Assembly (NCBI RefSeq): GCF_006345805.1
Contig: NC_043008.1
Coordinates: 30,938,001-31,002,000 of the forward strand
Direction of reading: 5' to 3'
DNA from: Octopus sinensis
Lineage: Eukaryota
DNA length: 64,000 bases
Below the pieces are notes generated by a model. That model had not been told where the DNA came from and made no database searches. It saw only the letters and a list, made by a program, of their open reading frames with translations. How positions within the stretch are numbered: the stretch's first letter is position 1; every line of letters begins with the position of its first letter. The position numbers and the translations under genes are program-made. Below are positions 13,451 to 25,865 of this stretch, in pieces.

Positions 13451-14679
13451 CATCTTTCTCTTCTCCGATCACTCTACCCATCTATCCGCCCATTACAATA
13501 CAACCGACATAGCAATTTATAATGAAAAATCTTACGTCAACCTTAATTATTCAGTACATTCCACCAAAGACACAGATCTACAAGTTAGTTATTTGCTGCA
13601 TGAAACACTAGAAGTGAATTTATCAACTTAAAATTTTCATGGAATGAAAAAAAGTTAAGTATTTTAATGAGGAGATATAGTAATTATAAGAATAGATATT
13701 TTACAATAATATCGAAAATATTTACTTTGTGGAAAGCGATTATCAACAGAGCCCAATAAAAGTGAAAAATGTAGATTTAAAGCATTAGATAGATAAATGC
13801 AGCTGGATTGAAGAGATACTTGAAATTAAATGAAGCTGAATATTGTATATAAAATAAAAACATTATTTATTCAGTACCTTCTCTGACACAATCAAGTGTT
13901 TTGTAGTTAGATGTTCGTATGTACTCGTGATTTATATGCGCATGAGATGCCTTCATCAGCAACACTGTGAGTCATATGAGGGTTTCATTGTTCATATGCA
14001 ACACTGTGAGGAAATCGCAGGTATACAAAAGCAGTCGAACCAAAATATGATCGATTTATATTGTAAAGTAGTTCGTTAGGATGCTCGAGTATTCCAAATT
14101 TTACTTTCAAAAATTGAGTTGATGTGGGTTCAGAATCATTGATGGTAGATTTATGAAGCCACATTCCAAAGCAAACTGCAAAGAATTTATACAAAAATAT
14201 GAAAAACTTTTCTGTAACCGAAGATAAAACAAGAAAGTATTTTCAAGCGTTCTCTCCTCATATACACACACGCACATACGCACGCACACACACACACACA
14301 CACACCACCACCACCACCACCACCACACACATATACTTAAATACATACATACATACATACATACATGCGTACACACAAACATACATACATACATACATGT
14401 TGTCTACTCCATATGCAGAGACTGACCACCTCTTGTACTTACACTTTAGATCTGATGTGGCTTTTTAAACCAAAGTTTTGAAAAGACAACCACGTACATT
14501 GCATATCTGCTTTGAACTACCAAGAGTTGCAATTAAGTTCTGATCCTTGTGGATCTTAAAATGCCTTTTGAGGCCTCCTTTAGGTTTGCTGTCCTTATGG
14601 CATACATGACATTGACAGGTGTGCACAGATGAGTAGTCACAGTATGTAACACAAGCATACGTTCATACATAAATACATT

Positions 14680-14963
14680 ATCTTTTCCTTTTTTCTGTCA
14701 TTACACTGTGTCAGTGTTGGGGCATCATCTTGAAGAATTTTAGTCAGCCGAACCGATTCCACTACTTATTTTTTGTAACCTGGACTTATTCTATCGGACA
14801 CTTTTACCGAACCGCTAGTTGATGGAGACGTAAATACACCAACACCGTTCACAAGCAGTGGTGGGGCACAGCTACAAGACACACACATATCTACATATAT
14901 AAAAATATATAGATATTTATAGAGATAGATAGATACATAGATACACACACATACACACACACA

Positions 14964-14997
<34 letters not shown>

Positions 14998-15002
14998 CAT
15001 GT

Positions 15003-15057
<55 letters not shown>

Positions 15058-15240
15058 ATATATAATATATATATATATACGACGGGTTTCTTTCAGTTTT
15101 CGTCCAGCTAATTCACTCACAAGGCTTTGGTATGCCTGAAGTTATAGAAGATACTTATTCAAGGTGCCAAGCAGTGAGATTGAACCCGGAACCATGTGTC
15201 TGGGAAGCAAACTTCTTAACACGCGGCTACGCCTGCGCCT
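14680..15240 (-). mobile_element. tRNA-derived CORE-like SINE with expanded internal microsatellite
   Basis: 5' half at 15078-15240 and 3' half at 14680-14885 match the reverse complement of the 41371-41770 copy. Confidence 0.8.
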
Positions 15241-15243
15241 ACA

Positions 15244-15274
<31 letters not shown>

Positions 15275-16554
15275 GAACATGATGATGGCTGCAAGTCGAT
15301 TTCGAGCAATGTTATCACTTGAGGTTTTTTTTCAATGTAGCTTTTTAGTTCTTCTAGAGACCCACACTCTTTTGCACAATTAAAAATGTAACAATGTTGG
15401 GCGTCTCTTGTAGTAGGTGTTCAAACAGCTCACGACTTACGATGACAGGAAACCTTTATTCGACTATGAAATTTTTCATTGAATATTTCACGTATTTCGG
15501 CGACGGACAACCACAGTATGTAACACAAGCATAGATATTTACATGCATACATAGATACATCTATAAATGTATACACATCCATACATTATAAGCATTGCAT
15601 TACTAGAACTGCATTGTATCCACAGTCACGATACTTTCGACAAGTTCAGGCAACATTGCTGTCAAATGGTACAACTATTAATTATTGCCCTCTGCTCCAC
15701 ATATTGCCTACCAGTAACAGTATCTTTCTCGTTATGTTTTTCAATTCGTCTAGCGATTACTTTAGCTTCATGTGTTCTTTCTTTCCTTCGATTAGGAAAA
15801 CACGTTTCAATCATTAAAAAGCACTAATTTATTAACTAGTGTTTTCTTTTAGCATGTAGTTCTGAGTTCTGATGTTTCCATGGTCTAGGGACCTGCTAGA
15901 AGCGCTGAGAGTGCATTGATCATTCAGTTCTACCAACAACACATCGAAGTAGAGTTTAATTGGATATATTTGTTTTAACAGGAAATTGTTGTAAAAACAA
16001 GGAAATTAAGAAAATTAGTTTGAATTTCCATTTTCACATAATACAAGATTTGATTAATTTCTCTATCGAATTCCATTAATTTCGGGAAAATGAAAAATAA
16101 AATGGCAAAAAGTAACAAAAAAATGCTGTAGCTCATGCAAAAGAACTGGGAATAAAATTTATTGAATATGGAAAGCGCAAGTGCAGTGCAGTTATAGGTG
16201 CCCTCAAGTTACAGGCATAGTCAGTCTTTCTTCGAAGAAACGAAGAGCTTTAGGTGTAGCTGACGTAAAGGAAGGCTAGTTGGTGAGACGGTAAAAAGTG
16301 CATTCATTGTTAATTTGTTGTAACAATTACATTGGCCAGAACACCATAATAACCACTGTTTCTTGAAACTTCTGTTTATTATATTCCTTTTGTTATTTCA
16401 TTTTTATTGTATAAAGACGTTGACCTATGGCCATACTGAAAGACTGTCATAGACAGATTTAGTCAATTCCAATACTTATTTCCATTCGATATTAAATATT
16501 TTATTGATTTCTGATTATTGAATGCCAACGTTGCTTTTTAACAGAAAGAGCAGC

Positions 16555-17267
16555 AATACGCTCTGGATTTCGACAACTGTGTTTAAACGGTGACCTTTGA
16601 GCTGCATTTTCCTCTTGAGGAAGAGACGAAAGTCCGCAGATGCTAAATCTGGCAAATAGGGTGGGTGCGAAAGCGATACCATGGTGTTTTTGGTGAGAAG
16701 CTCACGAGCGGGGATAGCTCGGCGACAGGGTGCATTGTCGTCGTAAATAGTCTTCGTTGCTCCACACATTCGATCACTTTTGCCGAATGCCCTCCCTCAA
16801 AGGCTTCAAAACTTTGTTGTCTAGCCTTATGCACAAGCTGATGGATTTCACCCCATTTCCGGGGATGACATCCGTGGCAGGTCTTCCATATTGTTCATCA
16901 TCTTCCAGGGATTTCTTCCGACTTCGAAACGCCCGTACCACTCGAAATATTGCGTACGACCCATTGCCTCGTCGCCGTAAGCTTGCCGAAGCATGCTCAA
17001 TGTCTCTCTAGTAGACTTCCCAAGCTTAACGCAAGATTTCCCGTTGGCTCTTTGTTCCAGTTTCCTATCCATGACAAAAATCGCAGACTAAAGCATGCAC
17101 GTGATCACGAAAACACAAATTTCCCAACATGTAAAGTAAACACAGCGATGTCACTTGGAACACTGCCTCATGAAGGTCATTGCTAGCTCTCACTGCGCAT
17201 GCAACTTTTTGCTGCCATCTTTTGGCGCGCTACTGAACTAGTTTGGGAACTTTTTGATACCACCTCG
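16555..17267 (-). mobile_element. mariner element, internally deleted and 3'-truncated
   Basis: TIR-like CGAGGTGGTATCAAAAAGTTCC abutting TA at 17268-69. N-terminal HTH (EQRA...KLGKSTRETLSMLRQAYGDEAMGRTQYFEW) and C-terminal DNAP...HPPYLPDLASADFRLF are present. The first catalytic D region is missing. Confidence 0.88.
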
Positions 17268-17830
17268 TACATATACATATGAAGGTGCATGTGGGAGGGG
17301 GGAGAGCGTCAGTGTGCGTGCGCACACGTCTGTGTGTATATATGTGTGTGTAGGTGTTTCTGTATGTGTGTGAGCGTGTGTGTATTAACTTCTGAAATAT
17401 AATATCAACACGGAGAATAATGTATTGTAATTCATTTGAAGATAAACTATGGAAAAAGAGAAAGTCTGTCTTCACAATGTTTGTAGTATATGCTATATGC
17501 AGAAATATATGTATTCTCTAGATTTTTTTTGTAGTCTATCTCATACAAACACCAACGCACATCTTTCGTTTCACGCATGCATATACGTAACTATCCGCCA
17601 TAATTTCTTTGTCATTTTCTTCCCCCTCTTCCTCTGTCCCTGTGATGTTCTCTCGCTCCTCTCTTTTTCTGTATACTATTAATATCTTCCCACCAAGTAC
17701 TCATCTTGCACCTCATATTGTAACTGTTTGTTATTTCTCTTTTACTCTTTCTCCCCCTCTTTCTATACGATATAAAGTGTGACTGAATAAATCCTTTAAC
17801 CACCAACCACCTTTACGGTTATCTAGCTAG

Positions 17831-17978
<148 letters not shown>

Positions 17979-18038
17979 GCAGGTATTTCGCTACACCTGT
18001 GTTGACAGTGCTGCTGCTTCAAATTTGTTGATGACATA

Positions 18039-18456
18039 TTTATTTCTTTATTGCCCACAAGGGACTAAACATAGAGGGGACAAACAAGGACAGACAAAGG
18101 GATTAAGTCGATTACATAGACCCCGGTGATTAACTGGTACTTATTTAATCGACCCCGAAAAGATGAAAGGCAAAGTCGACCTCGGCGGAATTTGAACTCA
18201 GAACGTAACGGCAGACGAAATACCTATTTCTTTACTACTCACAAGGGGCTAAACACAGGGAGGACAAACAAGGACAGACACACGGATTAAGTCGATTGCA
18301 TCGACCCCAGTGCGTAACTGGTACTTAATTTATCGACCCCGAAAGGATGAAAGGCAAAGTCGACCTCGGTGGAATTTGAACTCAGAACGTAACGGCAGAC
18401 GAAATACGGCCACGCATTTCGCCCGGCGTGCTAACGTTTCTGCCAGCTCACCGCCC
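18039..18456 (-). mobile_element. Meta-domain-like SINE dimer with 14-bp target-site duplication
   Basis: Reverse complement of the 9518 family with two bodies. TTGTTGATGACATA occurs at 18025-18038 and 18457-18470. Confidence 0.9.
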
Positions 18457-18520
18457 TTGTTGATGACATAATCGTTTTCTTTTCAGATTAAAATATATTA
18501 ATTCTTTATAGCAACTAACC

Positions 18521-18850
18521 ATGCCACAAGCACCAGAAGCCAATGAGTTGTCTGAATTTTAAGAGAACGTATTGTGGATCGACCCGAGGGTTGACTTAGC
18601 CAACGTGAGATTGCGCAAAACGTTGGGTTTCCTCTTATCACAATCAACAGGGTAATTGTACAATTCGCCAGCAAAGGAAAGGAACCAACAGAATCCCGCT
18701 GACCGGTGCGTTCGGGTAGTCAAGGGTATTGTTGAAAATAATCCCGCTTTGTATGGCACTGGATGTTGCAAAGCAGTGAGTTGGAGTACTTCTGTGGAGT
18801 ATCAAATTTATTGCTCTACTATGGCAGAGCGGCTAGAATTATATCTCTTC
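18521..18850 (+). pseudogene. Tc1-like transposase N-terminal (paired HTH) relic
   Basis: With frameshifts: MPQAPEANELSEF-RERIV...[24 protein letters not shown]...RVVKGIVENNP...YYGRAAR, typical of the Tc1 DNA-binding region. Confidence 0.7.
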
Positions 18851-19094
18851 TTCGACTAGCAAAATTTCTAAAGTAAAAACAAAAGTGATGGTCTCCATTT
18901 ACTTTGAGATGTCTGCGTAGGGAGAAATTATTTATTAAGATGTATTATTCTCCATTATTCTTTATGGTGTTTTGATTATATACATTTTATGCTGTATGGA
19001 ACCCAGCGAAGATAACCTAGGTTTTACCTACCGACTGAAGTACCGTGTAATTGCTTATTTCAAAAAATATTATGTGTGTGTGCGTGTGCGTTAA

Positions 19095-19320
19095 ATCTTT
19101 TATCTTTTACCTTTTATTTTATACTTGCTTCGCTCATTCGACTGCAGTCATACTGGCTCCGCTTTGGGAAATTTAGCCGAGGAAATCGACTATTACCTTT
19201 TTTTAAGCCTGTTACTTATTCTATCGGTTTCTTTTGCTGAGTCAGCCATTTACAGGGACGTAAACATAACAAAACCGGTTACCAAGTAATGGAGAAGGCA
19301 AACACAGACACTAAAACGCG
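19095..19320 (-). mobile_element. 3' half of CORE-like SINE
   Basis: Matches the reverse complement of 41590-41770 (ACTTATTCTATCGG...GGGACGTAAACA). Confidence 0.7.
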
Positions 19321-19447
19321 CGCACACACTCGCAGGTATATATATATACAAATATAGGTAAGGTGGTGCACACAGGTAACACAGAAATAAAAATATGAAT
19401 ATATGTATATATATATACACACACATATATATATATATATATAATAT

Positions 19448-19489
<42 letters not shown>

Positions 19490-19490
<1 letters not shown>

Positions 19491-19672
19491 CCACTAAACC
19501 TCTATCTATTTTCTCTCCCTGTTTATTTTTGTGTTTCTTTCTGTCGAAGAGCGTAAGCTCGAAACGTAAAATACTTTCTCACTTCCCGAGCGTTAAACTA
19601 ATACATCTGTTTGTTGTTTATACACCCGTCTTCGTCTTTTGGTTTGTTTGTTTTTTTGCAAATTCTCACTAT
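19490..19672 (+). mobile_element. Penelope-like 3' end (pLTR) with hammerhead-like motif
   Basis: CTGTCGA-A-GAGC-GTAA-GCTC-GAAAC-GTA at 19541-19568. Homologous copy at 59855-60022. Confidence 0.55.
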
Positions 19673-19813
19673 ATATATGTGTGTGTGTGTGTATGTATAT
19701 ATGTGTGTGTATGTATATATGTATGTATGTGTGTGTGTGTGTGTGGATATATATATGTGTGTGTTTGTGTATTTATATAAATATATATATATACATACTT
19801 ACATACATACACA

Positions 19814-20032
19814 CGAGGAGGTGCTGAACAGTTCCTTGCTTTTGGTAAAAAACAATATGCAAGAGGATCACTTAATTATGGTTTTATTCAACATATTCCC
19901 CTCTCAGATTCACACACTCATTGCAGCGGTCCTTCACATTTGCTAAACTCTCCAAAAGAATTCGGAAGTCTGGGCCTCTAACCAGGCATTTCGCGACATC
20001 CTTAAAGCCAAGAACTTTTCAGTATCCTCTAG
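19814..20032. mobile_element. mariner-derived MITE
   Basis: Imperfect ~28-bp TIRs (CGAGGAGGTGCTGAACAGTTCCTTGCTTT / AAAGCCAAGAACTTTTCAGTATCCTCTAG). The interior reads RCNECVNLRGEYVE* on - strand, a mariner C-terminus. Confidence 0.8.
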
Positions 20033-21011
20033 TCTATACGTGTGTGTACGCGCGCACGTGTGCGTGTTTGTGTACGCATGTGCGTGTGTATATGTATATA
20101 TATATATAGAGAGAGACAGATATAGATATAGATATAAATACATACATACGCGCACACACACACACATATGTGTGTGTGTATATGTAAGTTACTTGTAAGC
20201 AGATTATTTTACAGTGTTAATGCTATTATCTCGCTTTTAGCATCCAAATAGAATTTTTCTCTGTTGAGCGGTCACCTATTAAACGACATAACACACTCAA
20301 CTTGCTGGAATTTGAAATCCTTTATTTTGAATCTGTAAGCCTTGTGTTCCGAACGAATGTGCAAGAATGTATGTATATGCATGCGAGTTTACATATACAT
20401 GTACATGCAGAGACGTATGCGTATGTTTAGATACACACACAAACAATACACTCACACAGATACGCACAAACACACACAAATATATATTGATAGGTAGATA
20501 GATAGATAGATACATACATACATACATACATACATACATACATACATACATACATACATACATACATACACACGTACATACACACATTTTCTCGCGTTGC
20601 TTCCGTCCGTTTTACAAATTCTGGTCACACGCAAGTCATTGGCGCATTAGTAAATTGTGGTTTTCTTTTTTTACTTTTCCCTTTTTTTTTGAAAACAAAA
20701 AAAAATAAAGAAGTAATCGATACAATTGTCCTAACAATCATATATATTCAAGTGCAGTATTGAAATTTGAAATTCGAATTCAAATTTTTTTCATTATATT
20801 CTATACATGATTTATAATTAATATCTTCTTGTCCGCAGGCAATTTTTATAGAACTGGTGATATAGTAGGCTGAATAATGGAAATTTATATCAGAATATTG
20901 CCAGAATCATTTTTTGTTATGAAAACGTATTTACTGAACGAGTTGCCTGTGTTTGAGGAAAGATTTTGTTGCTTAAAATATTAATGTATATAGTATTATT
21001 ACTAAGTGAAA

Positions 21012-21225
21012 CGGCGGTGAGCAGGCAGATTCGTTACCGCACTGGACAAAATGCTTAGCGGCATTTTGTCATTCTCAACGTTTTTGGTTCAAATTCTGCT
21101 GAGGCCGACTTTACCTTTCATCCTTTCGGGATCGATAAAATATGTACCAATTGAACACTGGATTCAATGTAATCGACTTAACCCTTCCCCGAACTTGCTG
21201 GCCTTGTACCAAAATGTGAAGTCAT
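21012..21225 (+). mobile_element. Meta-domain-like SINE, diverged
   Basis: GGCGGTGAGCAGGCAGA...CCTTTCATCCTTTCGGGATCGATAAAA, same family as 9518. Confidence 0.75.
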
Positions 21226-22209
21226 TATTACCAAGTAATTCTGATTTTAAATTTTGACACAAGACCAGACATTTCGCGGGTTTCAGGTTAGGCGATTACT
21301 TTGGTGCTTATTTTATCGACACAAAGGGTCTATAAAATAAGCGCCAATTGATCACTGGGATCGATGTATTTTACCACTCCCCCTCCAAAATTGCTCGCTC
21401 GATGCCAAAATTTGAAATCAATGTTAACGTAAAAACTAATACAGTACATGTATGTATTTAATTTCCACAATGATTCTCCTTGGATGCAACAATTTATTTG
21501 CAACATATCTCATAAAATCCTATGATATATATTTGGGCTTCCAGAATACCAAAGACGTTATCTAAAGATATTTTTTACAAACTCCATCCACACACTAGAG
21601 ATTCACAAGATGCTGACTTACCAATACGCTATAATCACTATCCTACTGATATGTGGATGCGAAAGGGTTTGTGCGCAAATTTGCCATTAATTTCATATAG
21701 CGGCTCTGTTTCTGTTTTTTGTTGGAAGAAAACCAGAGCTCTTAAGACAATGGCAGAAGACAGCTGAGATGAGTTCAAACTAGATCTGGTCGATTAGGGA
21801 TGGAAGTGAATTTCAAAAGGCATGACTTATACAACAGTCAGCTGCCGTTTTCGAATATACTGTTATAACACCAAGTTGGCGTGAATATAGAACACCTTAA
21901 CCATCCTGCGGTTTATCCAGAAGTTTAGGGCCGAAAACCTGCTTGTATGAGGAGGGCAGCTTCTTCTCTGAAGATCTACTACTCTTCAGATCTCTCTAAA
22001 GTTTCTTACTACTTCTATGTATATTCTAACATTACTACGAGTTTTGTCAATCTTTTGAATGATTCCTCTTTTGCAGTGAATGGTAGTTGTCGTTGAGATA
22101 GTGTGAAAATATTTTTGGATAACTAACTACATTGATATGAGGTATGTTGTTCTTCTAAGCTGTGGATTAATCTCATCAAAAAACCATCCAAAATACTCGT
22201 TTTTCCTAA

Positions 22210-22947
22210 GATCGGTATTCGATAATCAGGTGGAGCACCGTCCTGCATCGAGATGTCATTGTCTGTGTTAAGCTGAGGTACGGCGAAATCACGCAACGTG
22301 TCGAGATATAGGTGGGAATTGACCGTTCCATCAAAGAATATAATACATCGGTTGAACGTACTCTTCCTCACATACACATTCTTTGGGAAAGGTTGTTGGT
22401 CTCCAATATCAGATGAGGATTCTCAGTGGAGTAGTACACAGCATTGTGCAAATTAACATGAGCGTTCAACTTAAATGAAGCTTCGTGGGTCCAAATTATT
22501 CTGTCCCTGATGTCCAATGTCCTCACGCAGTAGTTGCAGTAGTCATTCGCAAAATTCTACACGTCTGTCATCATTCATATGATGGAGCAAACGAGGTCAC
22601 CGAATTTCCAATTGAATATCTTTCATTATTCTCCGTAAACTTGTACTTGTAACTTCCAACTTGCACGAACTGCAGATGTTAGTGGTGTATTCTATAGAAA
22701 GTCTTAACATTTTATTTTTATTTTCATCGGTATTCACATTCTTGCAGCGCCCACTTCTTTTCTTGTCGGCTATTGAACCAGTCTTGTGAAACTTCTTAGC
22801 TAAAGCATACGTTGATTGTCGTGATAGAGGAATGTCATTAGGAAACTCTTGTGCAAATGCTGCAGCTGTAGCCGTTTAATTTTTATCGTGTTTCAACCAC
22901 TGCTCTGTTACGAAAATTCGTAGCTGAAGAGTTAATTGTTGCACCAT
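22210..22947 (-). pseudogene. IS630-Tc1-mariner transposase relic (DUF4817-type N-terminus)
   Basis: MVQQLTLQLRIF...AFAQEFPND...KFHKTGSIADKKRSGR...RRVEFCE...EASFKLNAHVNLHN...FFDGTVNSHLYLDTL...MQDGAPP, with frameshifts. Confidence 0.8.
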
Positions 22948-23194
22948 ACCAATATCGACAACAACCATGAACAGAATGACAAAAGAAAAGCTAGCTTAAC
23001 GATGATTAAGCGGTAAAGGGGGAAATAACACAAAGTAATGGTTAAAAATAGTACAAACGTCATTCTGTTAGGAGATAAGATTAATTCGAAGACAAGATGT
23101 AATTGTTACCTTGTTTCTGTCATTTGGAAATTAATGTTTACTATTATTAGAAATGGATAAAGCGACTTATCCCTGTGTATGTATATATATAGTA

Positions 23195-23570
23195 CTGTGA
23201 TACCTCGTTCTTTAATTCGTTCTATGAACGAGCTCGTCTTTAGATTTACTCGTCTTACAAATCCATTTTCCCCATTAAAATTAACGAAAATATAATTAAT
23301 CCGTTCCAGCCCCCCAAAACCACTCAACGTTTATTGGTTTCAAAGCAAAAATTTGTGGTTACAGGTAAAATGACAATTAAAAAAAAAAAAACAGAATGCA
23401 AAAGAAATATGTAAACTAGTTTTATTAACTGAAGTACTTTAAACATAGGATGATATGTGTACTCGTACTGCAGATTTCCGCTTGTATTTCAAGACAAAAA
23501 TTCGCACGAGTCTCGGCTCGTACAGCAAATAACTCTGCAATGATGCACTCGTACTGCGAAGTTCTACCTG
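23195..23570. mobile_element. Tigger/pogo-like MITE
   Basis: TA-flanked degenerate TIRs, CTGTGATACCTCG... and ...CGAAGTTCTACCTG. Internal CTCGT repeats and TTTTCCCATTAAAAT typical of Tigger derivatives. Confidence 0.55.
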
Positions 23571-24181
23571 TATTAATAATAATAAAGAGACACTTGTACA
23601 TTCACAAAACTTATATTATAGTCAGACACAGCATATTATAATGATCACTGCTGTGACTACTCACTTTTGCAAATGCAAACTTGCAATATTGTCCGTGCAG
23701 CTTCATCAGGGTCTGTCCATTTGATTGTTCTCGAAGTGAACTAGTTGAAGTAAATTTTTGTTAGAGTACTGTCGGAGGTTGGGGTGTATTTTTAGGTATG
23801 TTTTTAGGTGTTTTGGGGGTGTATTTTTAGGTATCTGTTGCCGACCACAACTTCACCCCAGTTGCTGTCCGAAATTAGGGTTTGGTCTTAAAATAGGTTA
23901 CGGTCGTGATTTTCCTTTTTGTAATGTTCTTTGATAGTTGTGTGCTAATTTTGATTTCGAATGTAGTGCTTGTATTAATGTGTTCTTGTTTATTCATAAT
24001 CATTTTTTTTTTTGTGTTGCTCCCTTATTTATGTTGCATATTGTGTAGGGTGTTCGTTTTTTTTTTATTAGTGATGTTTATTAAATGATTTTATATTTAG
24101 GTTATGTTAATATTAAGCTTAAATGTTGATAGAGCGTTGGTTAGATAGTGATCCCATTAATGTTGAGTAAAATATTTTAAG

Positions 24182-25712
24182 GAACTCATACTCCAGCATA
24201 TTATTTCTGATATAAATTTCACTGCCTCAAACATCATCGTAGTAATAAATGAAACCAAACCTTATTTTGCAGTGGGCTTTGATAGTTCCCTGAATGATTG
24301 CAGACACCAACTTGTAGCCCCTCCAACCAACATCTGGAAAAAATCTTTAGATTCAGGCTATATACCAAAACGTTTCATATACGAATCTTAGTTTCTTAGT
24401 CTCTTGCAGTTAACTATCGCTCAATCTCACTCACCTCCCATATCATCAAAGTATCGGGAAGGGTGGTGGAATCAAGGATAACTGGCATCCTTGAGAGCAA
24501 CAATCTACGAAATTCTATCCATTATGGCTTTCGGCGGAGACTGTCTAACATTTTTTTTACAAAACACTTTGATGATATCCGAAAGTTTCGGGAGAGAGCT
24601 CGTATACTTTTGTTATGTATTTTGATTTTAGCAAAACCTTCGACAGAATGGGTCACACCCTTCTCCTGTAAAGTTGTCCTATTCTTTAATCCGTAGTAAA
24701 CTGCTGCACTGGTTAAAGTATTTCCTGGTGAACAGAATCCAACAAGTTGAGATCAAATAGAGTCAACTCAAAAGTCCAGCAAAAGTCTCCAGTGATATTC
24801 TGCAAGGGACTGCTTTGGGCCCACTTCTTTTCCTAATCTATACAAACGACATCTCAAATGCCATCAAACACAGCAAACTACAAATATTCTCAGATGATTC
24901 CAAGCTTCAAAAGGTTATCTGTGGAAAAGACCGAACAAAACTTCATTCTAATCTGCATGATCTAAGCCTATATTCGGACTAACACAACAAATAATATGCA
25001 GTTAAATAAGGGAAAATTTGAACCCGTGTACAATGGAAAAAGAGAATGCGCTGAAGCAGTCATATATTCTTTCTTCAGGAGAACTACTCACAGCATCAAA
25101 TAATATCAGAGACTTAGGAGTAATTAATCGTCAGCTGGAGCGCTCACATCAACAATAAAGTCGACATCGCTTGGAATATGCGCTTCTGGATTCTCAGATC
25201 TTTACAGTCCAGAGAGACGTTTATCTTCATTCTAAAGCTCCTCCTTTGAAGAGCCACACTTAGAATTCTACTGTCATCTTGGTTACCCCATATCAAACAA
25301 AAGGTTACGAGAATTAAGTCACCCCAGAGACCAAGCAATAAAAATATTAAAGGCATGACTGACCTTAATTAATAGGGCCGCCTTAAAACTTTGAAATTTT
25401 ATTTTCTTATCAATGATACCGTGAGCGCTACATAATTTGCACAATCCAGGCTCACAACACATAAATACATTCCAGCACAATTACCTTTCCCTGCTTTACG
25501 TAACATTATCCGAAAACAAATCAAATTCAAATTAGACCTATCACTTTCAAATGATTTCTTCAAAGGATACCAGATAAATCACTTATACCTGGATACAGCT
25601 GAGTCAGCAACTCCCTCCATGAATAGGCCCCGAATTCTATCACTTAATGCTATTAAATTAGGCATAACCCGGGACAAGTTTCGGATGAAACATAACTAAG
25701 TTTATCTAAATT
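24182..25712 (+). mobile_element. CR1-group LINE, 5'-truncated, decayed RT region and 3' end
   Basis: NYRSISLTSHIIKV, DFSKTFDR, QGTALGPLLFLIYTNDI, IFSDDSKL and IRDLGV in broken frames. Colinear with 63410-64000. Confidence 0.88.
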
Positions 25713-25732
25713 CATAAATACATACATACATG

Positions 25733-25854
<122 letters not shown>

Positions 25855-25865
25855 ATATATATTTA

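Noticed and set aside
13132-13631. Long ORFs rich in YI/CV/MYVC/HT/SL (also 27308-29734, 50464-50723, 53255-53752, 57106-57592, 58723-59293)
   Set aside because: These are translations of stop-free microsatellites with no coding signal.
23640-24170. Possible further PLE end (CTGATGAAG on - strand near 23700)
   Set aside because: No clear stem II-GAAA partner or protein motif. Too degenerate to call.
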